A stretch of DNA of 64,000 bases, from NCBI GenBank assembly GCA_000092065.1, contig CP000594.1, one strand, 5' to 3'. Source of the DNA: Ostreococcus lucimarinus. Lineage: Eukaryota. Of this stretch, positions 8,452 through 18,426 are shown piece by piece. Under the pieces are notes generated by a model. That model was not told where the DNA came from, did no database searches, and saw only the letters and a program-made list of their open reading frames with translations. Position 1 is the first letter of the stretch; each line of letters opens with the position of its first letter. A program made the translations under genes and the position numbers.

Positions 8452-10842
8452 ATGGGAGGCGCGCGCGACGACGACGTCGCGACGCACGCGGAGCGGGCGC
8501 GACGGGAGGCGCGAGCGATCGAACGGCGAGCGACGCGGTTGGAGCGACGCGCGGAGGCGCTGCGGGCGCGGCGAAAGGCGCTCGGGACGGAGGCGCGGGA
8601 GGAGGACGTGGCGGCGGCGCGGTGCGCGGCGGAGGCGGAGCGCGAGGAGGCGAGGATTCGAGCGCGCGGGCGCGGTGAGACGGTGGAATCGCTGCGGGAG
8701 AAGCGAGACGCGGTGATGAGGACGCTAGAGGAGGCGAGACGGCACGAGGCCGAGCGGTTGGCGCCGATGGTGGTGAGCGCGCGGGAGGAGTGCGAGATGT
8801 TGCGCGAGGAAATCGAGGGATGCGGGAAGCGCGCCGAGGCGCTGACGGGGAGCAGAGACGAGCGCGAACGACGCGCGTGCGAGGTCGAACGCGCGTGCGC
8901 GAGCGTGCGAGAGGCACTGAAAATCGAGCGAGAGAGATTAAAGTGTGAGAAAGCGGTGTTGGGGAAAATACGAGCTGAAAAAGACGCACTGTTTGAGACG
9001 TTGACGCGCGCTCGAGCCGACGCGGCGACGCTCGAAACCCGCGCGGAGACGCTTCGATGCGCAGAAACCGATGCAGAGACGTCGGTGCGACGCAACGAGC
9101 AAGAATTGAGCGAACACGTGAGTAAGAACGCGAAGTTTGACGAGCAGCTGTCGACCGCGGAGAGAGGTTTAAACGATCTCAAGGCGCTCTTGGAGCGGGA
9201 ATCGTTGGCGCGAGACGAAATCGCCGCCGAGGGCGTGCGCCGCGAGCTCGATCGACGCGCGTGTCAGAAGTCTTTGACTCGAGCCAAGCAGACGTCGCTT
9301 CGTGAGACGCGTGCAAACGCACATCTTACGTATCTCGTGAACGAAATGTTGACGAACGCACGCTCGATTGCCGACATTGTCGAGGACGTCGAAGGGACAA
9401 AGGCTGCGCTCGAACGTGAGCTCGCCACGGCGGTTCGCGACACCAAGCGTACCATAGAAGAGCAAAACGCGCTCAGACTCGACGTGAACGAGCGTAGGGA
9501 AGAGTGCAAGGTAGAAATCACCAAAGGAGATTTGCTTGCGCACACCGTGACAGTCACCGTGCGCCAAGAAATAGCAGATTTAGAAGATGAGGTAAAATGT
9601 CTTCGTCGCGAGGAGGCGGCGAGAAATCGAATACAAAAGTACGTCGCCGACAGGGTCTCGCGCGCGATGAAGCGTCACCAAGGCGTGCAGCAAAACATAG
9701 CACAACTAAAATCGCTATTGCGTATCCGCGATGCGGAGATGATGGATGTGAAGTCAAATATCGACGACGCGCGAGAGCGCCGCTCGCACTTTGAACGCCT
9801 GCGAGAATTGACGACGACGCAACGCGACGCGTTCGCGACGATCGTGAGAAAATCTGGCGTCATCGCCGGAGCTACTCGAGAAAAGAATGAATGTTTACAT
9901 TTGAAAACGTTCGAGCTCGAGCGTCAAGCGCAAGAGAAAGATTGGGAAGTTTCCGCGGCGCGCGGAGAGACAGATGCGAAGAAGCGCGAGAGGGATGCGC
10001 GCCGAAATCAAAACGACGCCGTCTCGCACGTCATCTTGCGCGCCAGAGCGGACATGGAGGTGAGTGAAACCGAACTCGGAAAACTACAAAACGAGCTCAA
10101 GGCCGGGAAGTGCGATCAAGAGCTTTTATTCGAGCAATCAAAGGCGCTTGTGAAATCACGTCAGGCAGTCGCCATGGAGTTGCTCGACCGAAACGACGAG
10201 TTGTGTCAACTGTGCGATCGTATCGCCACGTCCGAAGACGTCAGCCGGCAGTGCGAAGAAGAGCTCGCGCTGCGTGTACATGAATATGAAACACTACGCC
10301 GTCAAGTACACGACCTAGAGCGTTCCCTGATCGTCGCGCGGCGAAACGTCGCCGCCATACCGCGCTACCAAGCCGAGATTTCGAGCAAGCGCTCGACGCT
10401 ATACGAGATGCGCGTCTCGGCGGAGAATCTGAGTCAGCGATTGGAAGATCCGAACGAGCACACGCGGTGGCGATTAATTCATGGTCCGAAGGGTGAGCAA
10501 GAAAACGACGTTGACGTGGACGTTTTCAACGATAAGCTTGCGAGCGTGGGATCGAGAATTCAAGATCAAGAGCGCGAGCTCGCGAGGCGTCGACTGAGAT
10601 GTCAAGACATCGATCGAGAGATTGAACGTTTGCGAGCGGTCATCGCCGAAAATGCAGACGAAGCGATCGAAACTGCGTCGTCGCTCAATCGAGCGAAATC
10701 CAAGCTCTCGGCCGTCGAGCGAGCGCTCCTCGCCGCGGTGTCCGAACTCACCATGTATCGAGCGCTCACCGCCGCGCTCGCCGACGCAAAATCGCGAAAC
10801 ATCGCCGAGATCGATGCCTTACGCTTGAGTTTAGAGACGTAA
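8452..10842 (+). CDS. Long coiled-coil protein (about 797 aa), possibly an axonemal/ciliary coiled-coil protein (CCDC39/40 or CFAP58-like). Family assignment is tentative
   Basis: Continuous heptad-rich sequence (E/R/K/L/A-rich; many ExLxxLxxE segments). Composition is lower GC than surroundings from about 9200 onward, and it ends with TAA. Only the part from the ATG at 8452 is taken as coding. The ORF-track extension back to 7351 is antisense to the bZIP gene. Confidence 0.55.
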   Translation: MGGARDDDVATHAERARREARAIERRATRLERRAEALRARRKALGTEAREEDVAAARCAAEAEREEARIRARGRGETVESLREKRDAVMRTLEEARRHEAERLAPMVVSAREECEMLREEIEGCGKRAEALTGSRDERERRACEVERACASVREALKIERERLKCEKAVLGKIRAEKDALFETLTRARADAATLETRAETLRCAETDAETSVRRNEQELSEHVSKNAKFDEQLSTAERGLNDLKALLERESLARDEIAAEGVRRELDRRACQKSLTRAKQTSLRETRANAHLTYLVNEMLTNARSIADIVEDVEGTKAALERELATAVRDTKRTIEEQNALRLDVNERREECKVEITKGDLLAHTVTVTVRQEIADLEDEVKCLRREEAARNRIQKYVADRVSRAMKRHQGVQQNIAQLKSLLRIRDAEMMDVKSNIDDARERRSHFERLRELTTTQRDAFATIVRKSGVIAGATREKNECLHLKTFELERQAQEKDWEVSAARGETDAKKRERDARRNQNDAVSHVILRARADMEVSETELGKLQNELKAGKCDQELLFEQSKALVKSRQAVAMELLDRNDELCQLCDRIATSEDVSRQCEEELALRVHEYETLRRQVHDLERSLIVARRNVAAIPRYQAEISSKRSTLYEMRVSAENLSQRLEDPNEHTRWRLIHGPKGEQENDVDVDVFNDKLASVGSRIQDQERELARRRLRCQDIDREIERLRAVIAENADEAIETASSLNRAKSKLSAVERALLAAVSELTMYRALTAALADAKSRNIAEIDALRLSLET

Positions 10843-10963
10843 ACGAAACGATCTTGATGACGTGAGCGATTACGACGACGACCACGACGACGCGCGCTTG
10901 GACGAACGCATTCAAGCTAAAAGAAAAGAATTACAACCGCTGGGTCTTCGCGCGGTGCTCACC

Positions 10964-11239
10964 CTAACTCGCTAGTATTCCCAGTAGCACCAACACGCCC
11001 GCGATCGCGCTGTACTTGAGCGTCGTAAAAATCAACGCCCACGTCACGCTTATCAGCTTCACCCCAACGACCGCGAACCACACACCGAGCAATCCAAACA
11101 AAACCCCCACCGCCGCGCCCTCGGGCGTGAGCTTGTCCCCGCCCGGCAGCTCGCTCGTCGGCATGCTGAACACGTTGGTATCCGCCTTGTATCGCTGTTG
11201 GTACTTGAACTGATCCAAAAACCACGCCGCTTCGGACAT
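10964..11239 (-). CDS. Small hypothetical membrane protein (about 91 aa, two C-terminal TM helices)
   Basis: MSEAAWFLDQFKYQQRYKADTNVFSMPTSELPGGDKLTPEG, followed by two hydrophobic helices (AAVGVLFGLLGVWFAVVGV, ISVTWALIFTTLKYSAIAGVLVLLGILAS). ATG at 11239. The upstream part of the track ORF is Arg-rich GC read-through. Confidence 0.4.
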   Translation of the reverse strand: MSEAAWFLDQFKYQQRYKADTNVFSMPTSELPGGDKLTPEGAAVGVLFGLLGVWFAVVGVKLISVTWALIFTTLKYSAIAGVLVLLGILAS

Positions 11240-11534
11240 TTGCACGTCTTTCTGCTCTTCTTCGCGCGCGCGACGACGGCGTGGCGATTTCGCTCGGACG
11301 AGGGCCGTTGAGGTTGGCGTTGGGGTTCGCACGCACCGCGAGTTCGGGACGCGGACGCGCACGCCGGCGCGCGCACGGTGCGCAACGACATCTGATTGAT
11401 GTCTCGGCGCGGTCGCGCGAGGCTGCGTCACGAGTTCGAGCGAGGCGCGCACTGCGGCGAAGGCTGGGTCGCCCAGCGAGCGAGCGTCGAGAGTAACTCG
11501 AGAGTCACGAAAGCAATGAATCAATCAAAATCAG

Positions 11535-12506
11535 CTATGTTTCCGTGGTGACGTACGTGTACACGTCTCCCGATCGCCCGAATCCTAGGGGTAGTTTTTT
11601 ACCCACGATGCCCGCGTAATCGCCGACGCTCCATCGGACGCACCGCTCGTGGAGCGCGTGCGCGTGCGAACCCGGCTCGATGTTTGGATTATTCAAGAAC
11701 TCGTCCACGCTCGCCCACTTCGCGCGCTCGATCTCTGTTTCCTGAATCTTAATCTCCCTCGACGCTCCATCCTTGACGCGCAGGCCGACGCAAAAGAATA
11801 AATCAGATTTGCCAAACAACCCAAAGTGGCCGTGTCGACACCCCACGACGGCGTCGAACGTCGTCTCGATCCCAGTCTCCTCCAACACTTCCCGCACCGC
11901 CGCGTCGGGAATGTCCTCCCCAGCCTCCAACAACCCCGTCGGCATCTTCCACAGATCTCTCCCGCTCGCCGGACCTCGTCGTTCCTGCACGAGGAGCACC
12001 TTTTCGTTTTCGCCGTCGTACACAAACGCCCCGACGCCAACCTGATGCGACGCATTATTCGGTATCGTCGACGCCTCATCGCTCGGCAACCACGTCGTCA
12101 TCATCACATACGTTCTTTCGGCGTGATGAAACTCAAATCCGCGCTCCTTCGCCACCGGAACCAACCGCGCGTCGTCGAGCGCGAGCTTCAGCCACACCCC
12201 TCGCGCGCCGCTCGCGCGCCACGTCGCCAACCACCCTCCCAGCGTCGCGTCGAACGCCTCCGGCGTGCGCGCCGCCCTCACGAACGCATCGTGCGCGTTA
12301 TCGACGATGATCCCACCGTATCGATCGATCGTCCACGGCGCGTTCGTCGCCGTCGCCATCGACGTCCCCGCGGTCGCCGTCGTCGTCGTCGTCGCGTCGC
12401 GTCGTCGCGTCGCCTCGCGCGTCGCGCCGTGGCGCGTCGTTTTTCGCACCGTCGCTCGAGCGCGTCGTCGCGCGCACGCGACGAGCGTCCTCGCGAGCGT
12501 CGACAT
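11535..12506 (-). CDS. Nudix hydrolase (plant NUDT2/6/7/10-type ADP-ribose/NADH pyrophosphatase-like) with N-terminal targeting-like extension
   Basis: Nudix box GLLEAGEDIPDAAVREVLEETGI (GX5EX7REUXEEXGU). Pre-Nudix domain WLKLALDDARLVPVAKERGFEFHHAE. The N-terminal region is Arg/Thr/Ala-rich (MSTLARTLVACARRRARATVRKTTRHGATREATRRR), suggesting a transit peptide. Alternative start at 12359 (MATATNAPW). Confidence 0.75.
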   Translation of the reverse strand: MSTLARTLVACARRRARATVRKTTRHGATREATRRRDATTTTTATAGTSMATATNAPWTIDRYGGIIVDNAHDAFVRAARTPEAFDATLGGWLATWRASGARGVWLKLALDDARLVPVAKERGFEFHHAERTYVMMTTWLPSDEASTIPNNASHQVGVGAFVYDGENEKVLLVQERRGPASGRDLWKMPTGLLEAGEDIPDAAVREVLEETGIETTFDAVVGCRHGHFGLFGKSDLFFCVGLRVKDGASREIKIQETEIERAKWASVDEFLNNPNIEPGSHAHALHERCVRWSVGDYAGIVGKKLPLGFGRSGDVYTYVTTET

Positions 12507-12705
12507 GCGCGGCGCCGCGCGACCGCGCGCCGCGCGCGCGTCCGCGCGCCCACACACGCGGGTGTCGCCCCGCCACATCCCGGCACCCATATACATACCA
12601 TCAAACACACCCAAAGTACGCATACAAACCACATACGAAATACCACGCGAAATCCATCATTAAAATCAGGCACCCCCCGCCGCGCCCCATCGCGCGACAG
12701 GCGCG

Positions 12706-12717
12706 TCGATTTCGAAA
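12706..12717. promoter_or_regulatory. 12-bp palindrome GATTTCGAAATC in the Nudix/RPA1 divergent promoter, next to an unusual A/C-rich tract (about 12590-12670)
   Basis: Seen directly. Located about 60 bp upstream of the RPA1 ATG (12774). The function is unknown. Confidence 0.25.
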
Positions 12718-12773
12718 TCCCGCGTCGCCCGCGCGCCACTCCGCGACGCCGCGCGCGCCCGAGCGCACGCGCG

Positions 12774-15466
12774 ATGCCGCCCGCGCTGACGCCGAACGCG
12801 ATATCCAATATTCTCGAACAGACCCACGGATCGCAGGACTTCAAACCCATCGTCCAAGTGTTCGATCTGAAGGAATTGAAAACCAAACCCGACGCCGACG
12901 ACGCCGCGAAGCGATTCCGCGTCCTCGCGTCCGACGGTGGATTCGCGGCGCAGGGATTGTTCGGGGCGGAGTTGAACGCGATGTGCGAGCGAGGGGAAAT
13001 TACGAAATTCACGGTGCTGCGGTTGAGAGAGTACATCGTGAACGATCTGAACGGGAGACGGTGCGTGCGCGAGATGGGTTGGGATGGGCGGCGCGGCGCG
13101 GCGCGGCGCGGCGCGAGGGGCGAGACGAGACGCGCGAGGATGGAGACGCGCGATCGAGGGATCGCGATGATCTTGGATGGAAGCGAGGAAGGCGGCGCGA
13201 TGCGCGAGGGGGGTGACTGACGATCGTGCGAACGGACGAATGGTTTGAACGTAGGATTTTGATCGTCATGGACGCCGAGGTGATGGATCGGTACGACGCC
13301 GTCATCGGACAGCCGCGGGTGTGGCAGCCGGGGACTGGGACGAACGCGTCGACGGGGATGAACGCGGGGGGGATGCAACAGCAAAGAAACGCGTACGGAG
13401 GAGCGCCGGCGGCGCAGGTGGAAGGCTACGGGTCGGGTGGAGGGAACGGCGCGAATCTGGCGACGGAACCGCCGCGCGCGAGCGGTGGCGGGTACGGTGG
13501 CGGCGCGCCGGCGGCGCAGGGGCAGTATCGTCGAGATGGTGGCGCGGTGGCGCGCAATGAGCAGCCGAGGTCCATCACGCCGATCCATGCGTTGAACCCG
13601 TACCAGAACCGTTGGACTATTCGCGCGCGAATCACGACTCCGTTGGAGTTGCGCTCGTATTCGAATGCGAAAGGCGAAGGTAAGGTGCTCGGCTTTCAAG
13701 TGCTCGATGCCGACGGAACGGAGATCAAGTGCGTGTGCTTTAACGACACCGCCGTGCGCCTCGCGGGGGAGTTACGTCAAGGCTTGGTGTACGAAATTTC
13801 CAAGGGAGCAATCGTCACGCCGCGCGACCCGCGGTACGCGATTTATCAGTACGAAATTAAGTTGGATAACCACGCGACGTTCGTGCCGTGTCCAGACGCC
13901 GAACGCGACATCAAGAAGATGGTATACAAGTTCAAGAAGCTTTCTGAACTCGACGCGCTCAACGCCGGAGATATGGTGGATGTCATTGGCATCGCATACT
14001 CTGTGGGTGATTTGACGACGATCATGAAGCGCGACGGTTCCGAAACTTCGAAGCGTTCTGTGATGATTCGCGACGACTCGGACACATCCATCGAGTTCAC
14101 GCTTTGGGATCCGCACTCAGTCGAGATTGGCGGGCAAATCGAAAGCTTGATCGCTAGCGGCGAAAAACCCGTCATCGCGGTGAAGAGCTCTCGATTGGGC
14201 GAGTTCCAAGGCAAGAACATGGGCACCGTGAGCAGCACGATGGTAGAAATAAATCCCGACAGTTCCGAGGCGACGCGCATGCGCGTTTGGTTTGATCAAG
14301 GCGGCGCCGATAAAACTTTCAACTCCTTGAGCGGTTCTGGCGGTGGCGGCGGCAAAGGCAGTGGTGAATTGCTCTCGTTCTCGACTGTGAAAGAGATCGG
14401 TGAAGAACTCGTGGCTAAAAATGAGGGCGTGGCGTACCTGAGTTGCTGCGGTATCATAAAGCACATCAAACTCGGCGCGGAAGGTAACTTCTATCCCGCG
14501 TGTCCGTTGCTTAATGGTGAACGCACGTGCCAAAAGAAGCTGCGTAAAGATGACTCGACTGGTGAATGGAAGTGCGAACGTCACGCCGGTGAAAAAATCG
14601 AAGCCGCGGATTGGCGTTACATGTTTAGCATGGTTTGCATGGATCACAGCGATGAGTATTGGGTGAGCGTTTTCGGTGACAAGGGTGACAAGATTTTCGG
14701 GATAAGCGCCGCTGAAATGAAGGAAATCTACGACCGTGAACCGGAGCGATACGAAAACATGATCAGTGACGCACTGTTCAACGATTACTCTCTACGCGTT
14801 AAGGTCGCCGTTGACAACTACACCGACGTACCCCGCGCCAAGGGCAGCTTGGTTGAAATCGAGCGCGTCAACTACGTAGACATGAGCAAGAAGTTGATCG
14901 GCAAGATTGCAAAGCTTCACGCTGGCGAAGAACCCGAAGTGTACGTGCCGCCTACGAAGAAGCGTGCTTCCGATGTCGGTTACGGGCAGGAGAACAAGAT
15001 GCCGGCGTTCAACGGCGGTTGGAACCAAGCGGGTGGGCAAGCCAACGGTGGTGGCGCGAGTGCCGCGAACGCCGCGAACGCAACTTGCTACAAGTGCGGT
15101 CAGACCGGTCATTTTGCGGCAGCCTGCCCGAGCGGTGGCGGCGGCGGCGGCGGTGCGTCGTACAACCAATTCAATGGCAACGGCGGCGGTGGCGGCTTCA
15201 ACAACAACGCTCCGAAGAAGGGCGCTTGCCACAAGTGCGGCGGAGAGGGACACTGGGCGCGCGACTGTCCGAACGCGGCCTACATGGGCAACGGCAACGG
15301 CGGTAATCAACCGGTGCACAACGGCAACGGCTACGGTGGTGGCGGCTACGGTGGCGGCGGCGGCGGCTACGGTGGCGGCGGCGGCGGCTACGGCGGCGGC
15401 GGCGGCGGCTACGGCGGCGGCGGCGGCGGTTACGGCGGTGGTGGCTACGGCGGCGGTGGTTTTTAA
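12774..15466 (+). CDS. RPA1: Replication protein A 70-kDa subunit (RPA1) with C-terminal CCHC zinc knuckles and a Gly/Tyr-rich tail. Two exons: 12774..13060 and 13255..15466
   Basis: Exon 1 encodes the RPA70N OB fold (ISNILEQTHGSQDFKPIVQVFDLK...RFRVLASDGGF...ITKFTVLRLREYIVNDLNGR). The donor CG|GTGCGT at 13061 and acceptor cgtag|G at 13254 restore ...NDLNGR-RILIVMDAEVM, matching RPA70N. Exon 2 holds DBD-A (ITPIHALNPYQNRWTIRARIT...), DBD-B, and DBD-C with the zinc ribbon (CCGIIKHIKLGAEGNFYPACP...C..ERH). Then two CCHC knuckles (CYKCGQTGHFAAACP, CHKCGGEGHWARDCP) and a (G)nY repeat tail. TAA at 15464. Confidence 0.85.
13061..13254 (+). other. Spliceosomal intron of RPA1 (194 nt, GTGCGT...TAG)
   Basis: Phase-2 intron inferred from the frame change between ORF 11826..13220 and ORF 13226..15466, and from the restored RPA70N alignment. 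Confidence 0.75.
15325..15466 (+). repeat. Tandem GGC/GGT-rich coding repeat encoding (GGGGGGY)n, a low-complexity tail of RPA1
   Basis: ggcggcggcggcggctac units repeated about six times. Protein: YGGGGYGGGGGGYGGGGGGYGGGGGGYGGGGGGYGGGGYGGGGF. Confidence 0.85.
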
Positions 15467-15552
15467 AATCAGATCACGAACAAACGCACGAACGCACGAA
15501 TAGATGACACGCGCATGTAACATGAACGAACGAATACAACAAATTACAAACA

Positions 15553-17238
15553 CTATTCGTCGACGAGCGGAAGCGCGTCTCTCGAACGGATGGCTGGAAG
15601 CATAGCCGGAATCAAGTTCAGGTAATCTTCCAACAGTCCTGTCGTGGTGATGAACTGCCACGTGAAGAAGGCCATGACGAGTGATACGAAAAGCGTGGCG
15701 ACGAAAGCGCGCTCGCGGAAACCCGAACGCCGGATCATAGCGATCGTCGTTGCCATGACGGGATGAATCGTCATTCTGAAGTAGAACATCGGATAGAAAA
15801 CGACGAGCGCGACGGAGTACACGGCCAAGTGTCTCAAGTACTGACGACGCTGTGACCCAGACATTTGCTGCCACGTAAGACCTCGCCACGAGCCCGCTAA
15901 AGCTCGTCGCGGCGGTCTTGGAACGAAAGGTTCATGCTTGCACTTGACGCAGTGACACTTACCACCCACGATGCAACGAGGCAAGATGTGGGGCGAAAAC
16001 TTTTCATGCAGCTTTTCGATGCCATCGTCGTCCGCTTGGTAAATCAAAATGCGTCCCTTTGTGCTACTACTCACGACCTCGAGTAATATTTGCAACGCAC
16101 GTCTCATGAGCCACCACACATTGATGCAATGCACCTCGCACGCCAGCTCCGGGTAGTTGGCGTCGAGCGTCACGAGAGTCGTGGCGACGAGGGAAATCGG
16201 AAGCGAAGTCAAATCGATACCCGAGCAATCGACGAGCGCCACCAAACGACCTCGCATGACACCATTTGACTTCTTCAACCGCATCCACTCCTGCTCGGCG
16301 TGCGTCATCACCGCGGCAACGACTTCGTCCAAGCCTTCCATGCCCACTGCGTCCATGGCGGCTCGAAGTCTCAGCACGAGTTGATAACCGCCGCTCCAGC
16401 TTTGCTTCGGACCGTGAATGTATACCACGTTCTCAAACTGCTTCAGCTTGGCGTCGGTCAAGAACTCATACCTTCTGCGCCATTGCAACGATCGTTCCAC
16501 GGCTTGCGCCGCGGCGGACGTGTGCTTCCACTGTAACAAGAAAGCCGCGAGTTGGGTGTCGGTGAACTTGGCTCTCGCGGTCGGCGAGAGTTTATTTTTC
16601 AAAGCGTGAATCTCGTATTCGCGGGGAATTAACAGTGCGTTCCCGTATCCAGTATCTGTCGCCACCACACCAGTGTACACGGCGGCTGGCAGTCGATGTA
16701 ATCTATTCATTCCGCCCTTGACCCAACCGACGGGGCGCAGCAGCGCGTGCCTTTGCCTATGGCTTTCGGCGTACTCTCTCGATTGATTGATGCTCTCGTC
16801 GTCGCTCTCTTCATCGCTACCTATGTCTTCGTCACTGGCGTACTCTCCGTTCGTCCCCGTTCCCGATCCACGTCGACGCCTTCGTCTGTTCCTAGCCCCC
16901 GTGAATCGCGCGATGGTGCTCAGCTGTCCCTCCGCGTGCCGCATCGCGTACAGCACGTCCCTCGGCAACGTCTCCTCCAAAACCTCCCACGCCTCGTTCA
17001 CCGCCGCCCTATACGAACTCACCTCATTCTTCACCTTATTCTTCGCCAACAACTTCCCCAACCGCTTCGCGTGTCGCTGCAGCTTTATCCGCACCGCCGG
17101 AATCTTGCACACGCGCGCCGCCATTTTCGCAAACTTCCGCACGAAACATTTATACGGCGCCGACGCCGCGACGAGCAGCGCCACGCGTCCCGTGATCGTC
17201 GGCAGCGGCTTACTCGACGCCAGCCCCTTCGTCATCGT
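15553..17238 (-). CDS. CRAL-TRIO (Sec14-like) lipid-binding domain protein with C-terminal transmembrane segment(s)
   Basis: Central region KLKQFENVVYIHGPKQ...GYQLVLRLRAAM...RLVALVDCSGIDLTSLPISLVATTLVTLDANYPELACEVHCINVWWLMRRALQILLEVVSS...GRILIY resembles the CRAL-TRIO fold. Two hydrophobic helices near the C-terminus. The start is uncertain: the track ORF runs to 17619, but the N-terminal 130 aa are Ala/Arg-rich. Confidence 0.45.
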   Translation of the reverse strand, partial: TMTKGLASSKPLPTITGRVALLVAASAPYKCFVRKFAKMAARVCKIPAVRIKLQRHAKRLGKLLAKNKVKNEVSSYRAAVNEAWEVLEETLPRDVLYAMRHAEGQLSTIARFTGARNRRRRRRGSGTGTNGEYASDEDIGSDEESDDESINQSREYAESHRQRHALLRPVGWVKGGMNRLHRLPAAVYTGVVATDTGYGNALLIPREYEIHALKNKLSPTARAKFTDTQLAAFLLQWKHTSAAAQAVERSLQWRRRYEFLTDAKLKQFENVVYIHGPKQSWSGGYQLVLRLRAAMDAVGMEGLDEVVAAVMTHAEQEWMRLKKSNGVMRGRLVALVDCSGIDLTSLPISLVATTLVTLDANYPELACEVHCINVWWLMRRALQILLEVVSSSTKGRILIYQADDDGIEKLHEKFSPHILPRCIVGGKCHCVKCKHEPFVPRPPRRALAGSWRGLTWQQMSGSQRRQYLRHLAVYSVALVVFYPMFYFRMTIHPVMATTIAMIRRSGFRERAFVATLFVSLVMAFFTWQFITTTGLLEDYLNLIPAMLPAIRSRDALPLVDE

Positions 17239-17766
17239 CGCCAACGCCTTGACGACGAGCGTTTCGATCCTTCGTCTTCGCGTCCCGACCGCGTTCGCCT
17301 TTAAAAATCCCAACGTTCGTCGTCCGCGGTGGTTGACGCGATACATCTCTCCCGCGCACACGCACGCCGCGACCAGCGGGCCGCGTCGTCGTCGGGCTTT
17401 GCGCAGCCAGACGACTCGCGCGGCGTAGCTCGCGAACTGCGCCGTGGGCGTCGTCGCGCGGTACAATTCGCGCGCGACCGCCGCCGTGGACGCCGTCGCG
17501 AGCGCGACGGCACCGCGACCGAGCGGGCGCGTCGTCGCGCGCGCGACGACGCGAACGGCGACCTCAGCGGTAGCACCATCGTCCGCGCGCGTCGACGACG
17601 CGCCGGACGACGGCGTCATGACGCGCGTCGACGACTGACGCGGCGCGCGCCGAACGCGCCGCGCGGCGACGCCGCGAGCGACGAACGACGCGCCGCGAGA
17701 TCACGCGAAACGACGCCGCGATAACGCTACGACGAATACATCGAATAAATAGACGCGCCTACGAAT

Positions 17767-18321
17767 CTACGAATCGCGATCGCCGCTCGAATCGCGATCG
17801 CCCGCCTCGAGCGCGCCCGTCAACATCGCGCGCCGAAGCGTCAAGTTATCCTCGCGCGTCCGGTCGATCGCCTCAGCCTTCATCCAATCGTAATCGAATC
17901 CCTCGGCATCGCACGCCAGCACTTTTCTCGTCTCGATGATTCGCACGGCGACGAGTCGGTAATCCAGCTCTTCGTGCGCCATGAGTTCCGCCAACCACGC
18001 GCTCGCGTCGGCGCGCAGCGGCTTGGCGTGCAGGTAATCGATCAGTTTCGGCGCCATCGGCGAGCGGTGTCGCGTCCCTGACATCTGGTCCAGGACGACG
18101 CGGACGGCGGACATGGTGAGGAGGTCGGCGAGCGCCTTGGCGGCCTTTCGCGGCGGCGTGAGACCGTCGAAGTCGACGGTGGCGAAGAAGTCCGCGCCGA
18201 GGGCGTCGTCGTCGTCGGCGGCGGCGCGCGCGCGAGGCGAGGCGCGCGCGCGCGCGCGAGCGCGCGCGACGCGACCGGACGTGGACGCAGCGGCGGCGCT
18301 CGCGGCGGCGCTCGCGCGCAT
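17767..18321 (-). CDS. RBCX: RbcX-like Rubisco assembly chaperone with N-terminal Ala/Arg-rich transit peptide
   Basis: AVRVVLDQMSGTRHRSPMAPKLIDYLHAKPL...DASAWLAELMAHEELDYRLVAVRIIETRKVLA parallels cyanobacterial/plant RbcX (ALRTVLAQLGETNPPLALWLHNF...EKYIEELFLEKPDLALRIMTVREHIA). ATG at 18321. Confidence 0.6.
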   Translation of the reverse strand: MRASAAASAAAASTSGRVARARARARASPRARAAADDDDALGADFFATVDFDGLTPPRKAAKALADLLTMSAVRVVLDQMSGTRHRSPMAPKLIDYLHAKPLRADASAWLAELMAHEELDYRLVAVRIIETRKVLACDAEGFDYDWMKAEAIDRTREDNLTLRRAMLTGALEAGDRDSSGDRDS

Positions 18322-18426
18322 GACGGCGCGGCGCGCGCGGGTGTGAGGAGGACGCGCGGTCGACGCGCGCGAGCGGGACGCGAGGGGCGTCGGTTGACGT
18401 CGGTTCAGCGCGAAAGGTGCGTCGAT

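Noticed and set aside
12278-13699. 473-aa minus-strand ORF overlapping the Nudix 5' region and RPA1 exon 1
   Set aside because: Extreme Arg/Pro/Ser bias, no domains. RPA1 homology on the plus strand explains this DNA.
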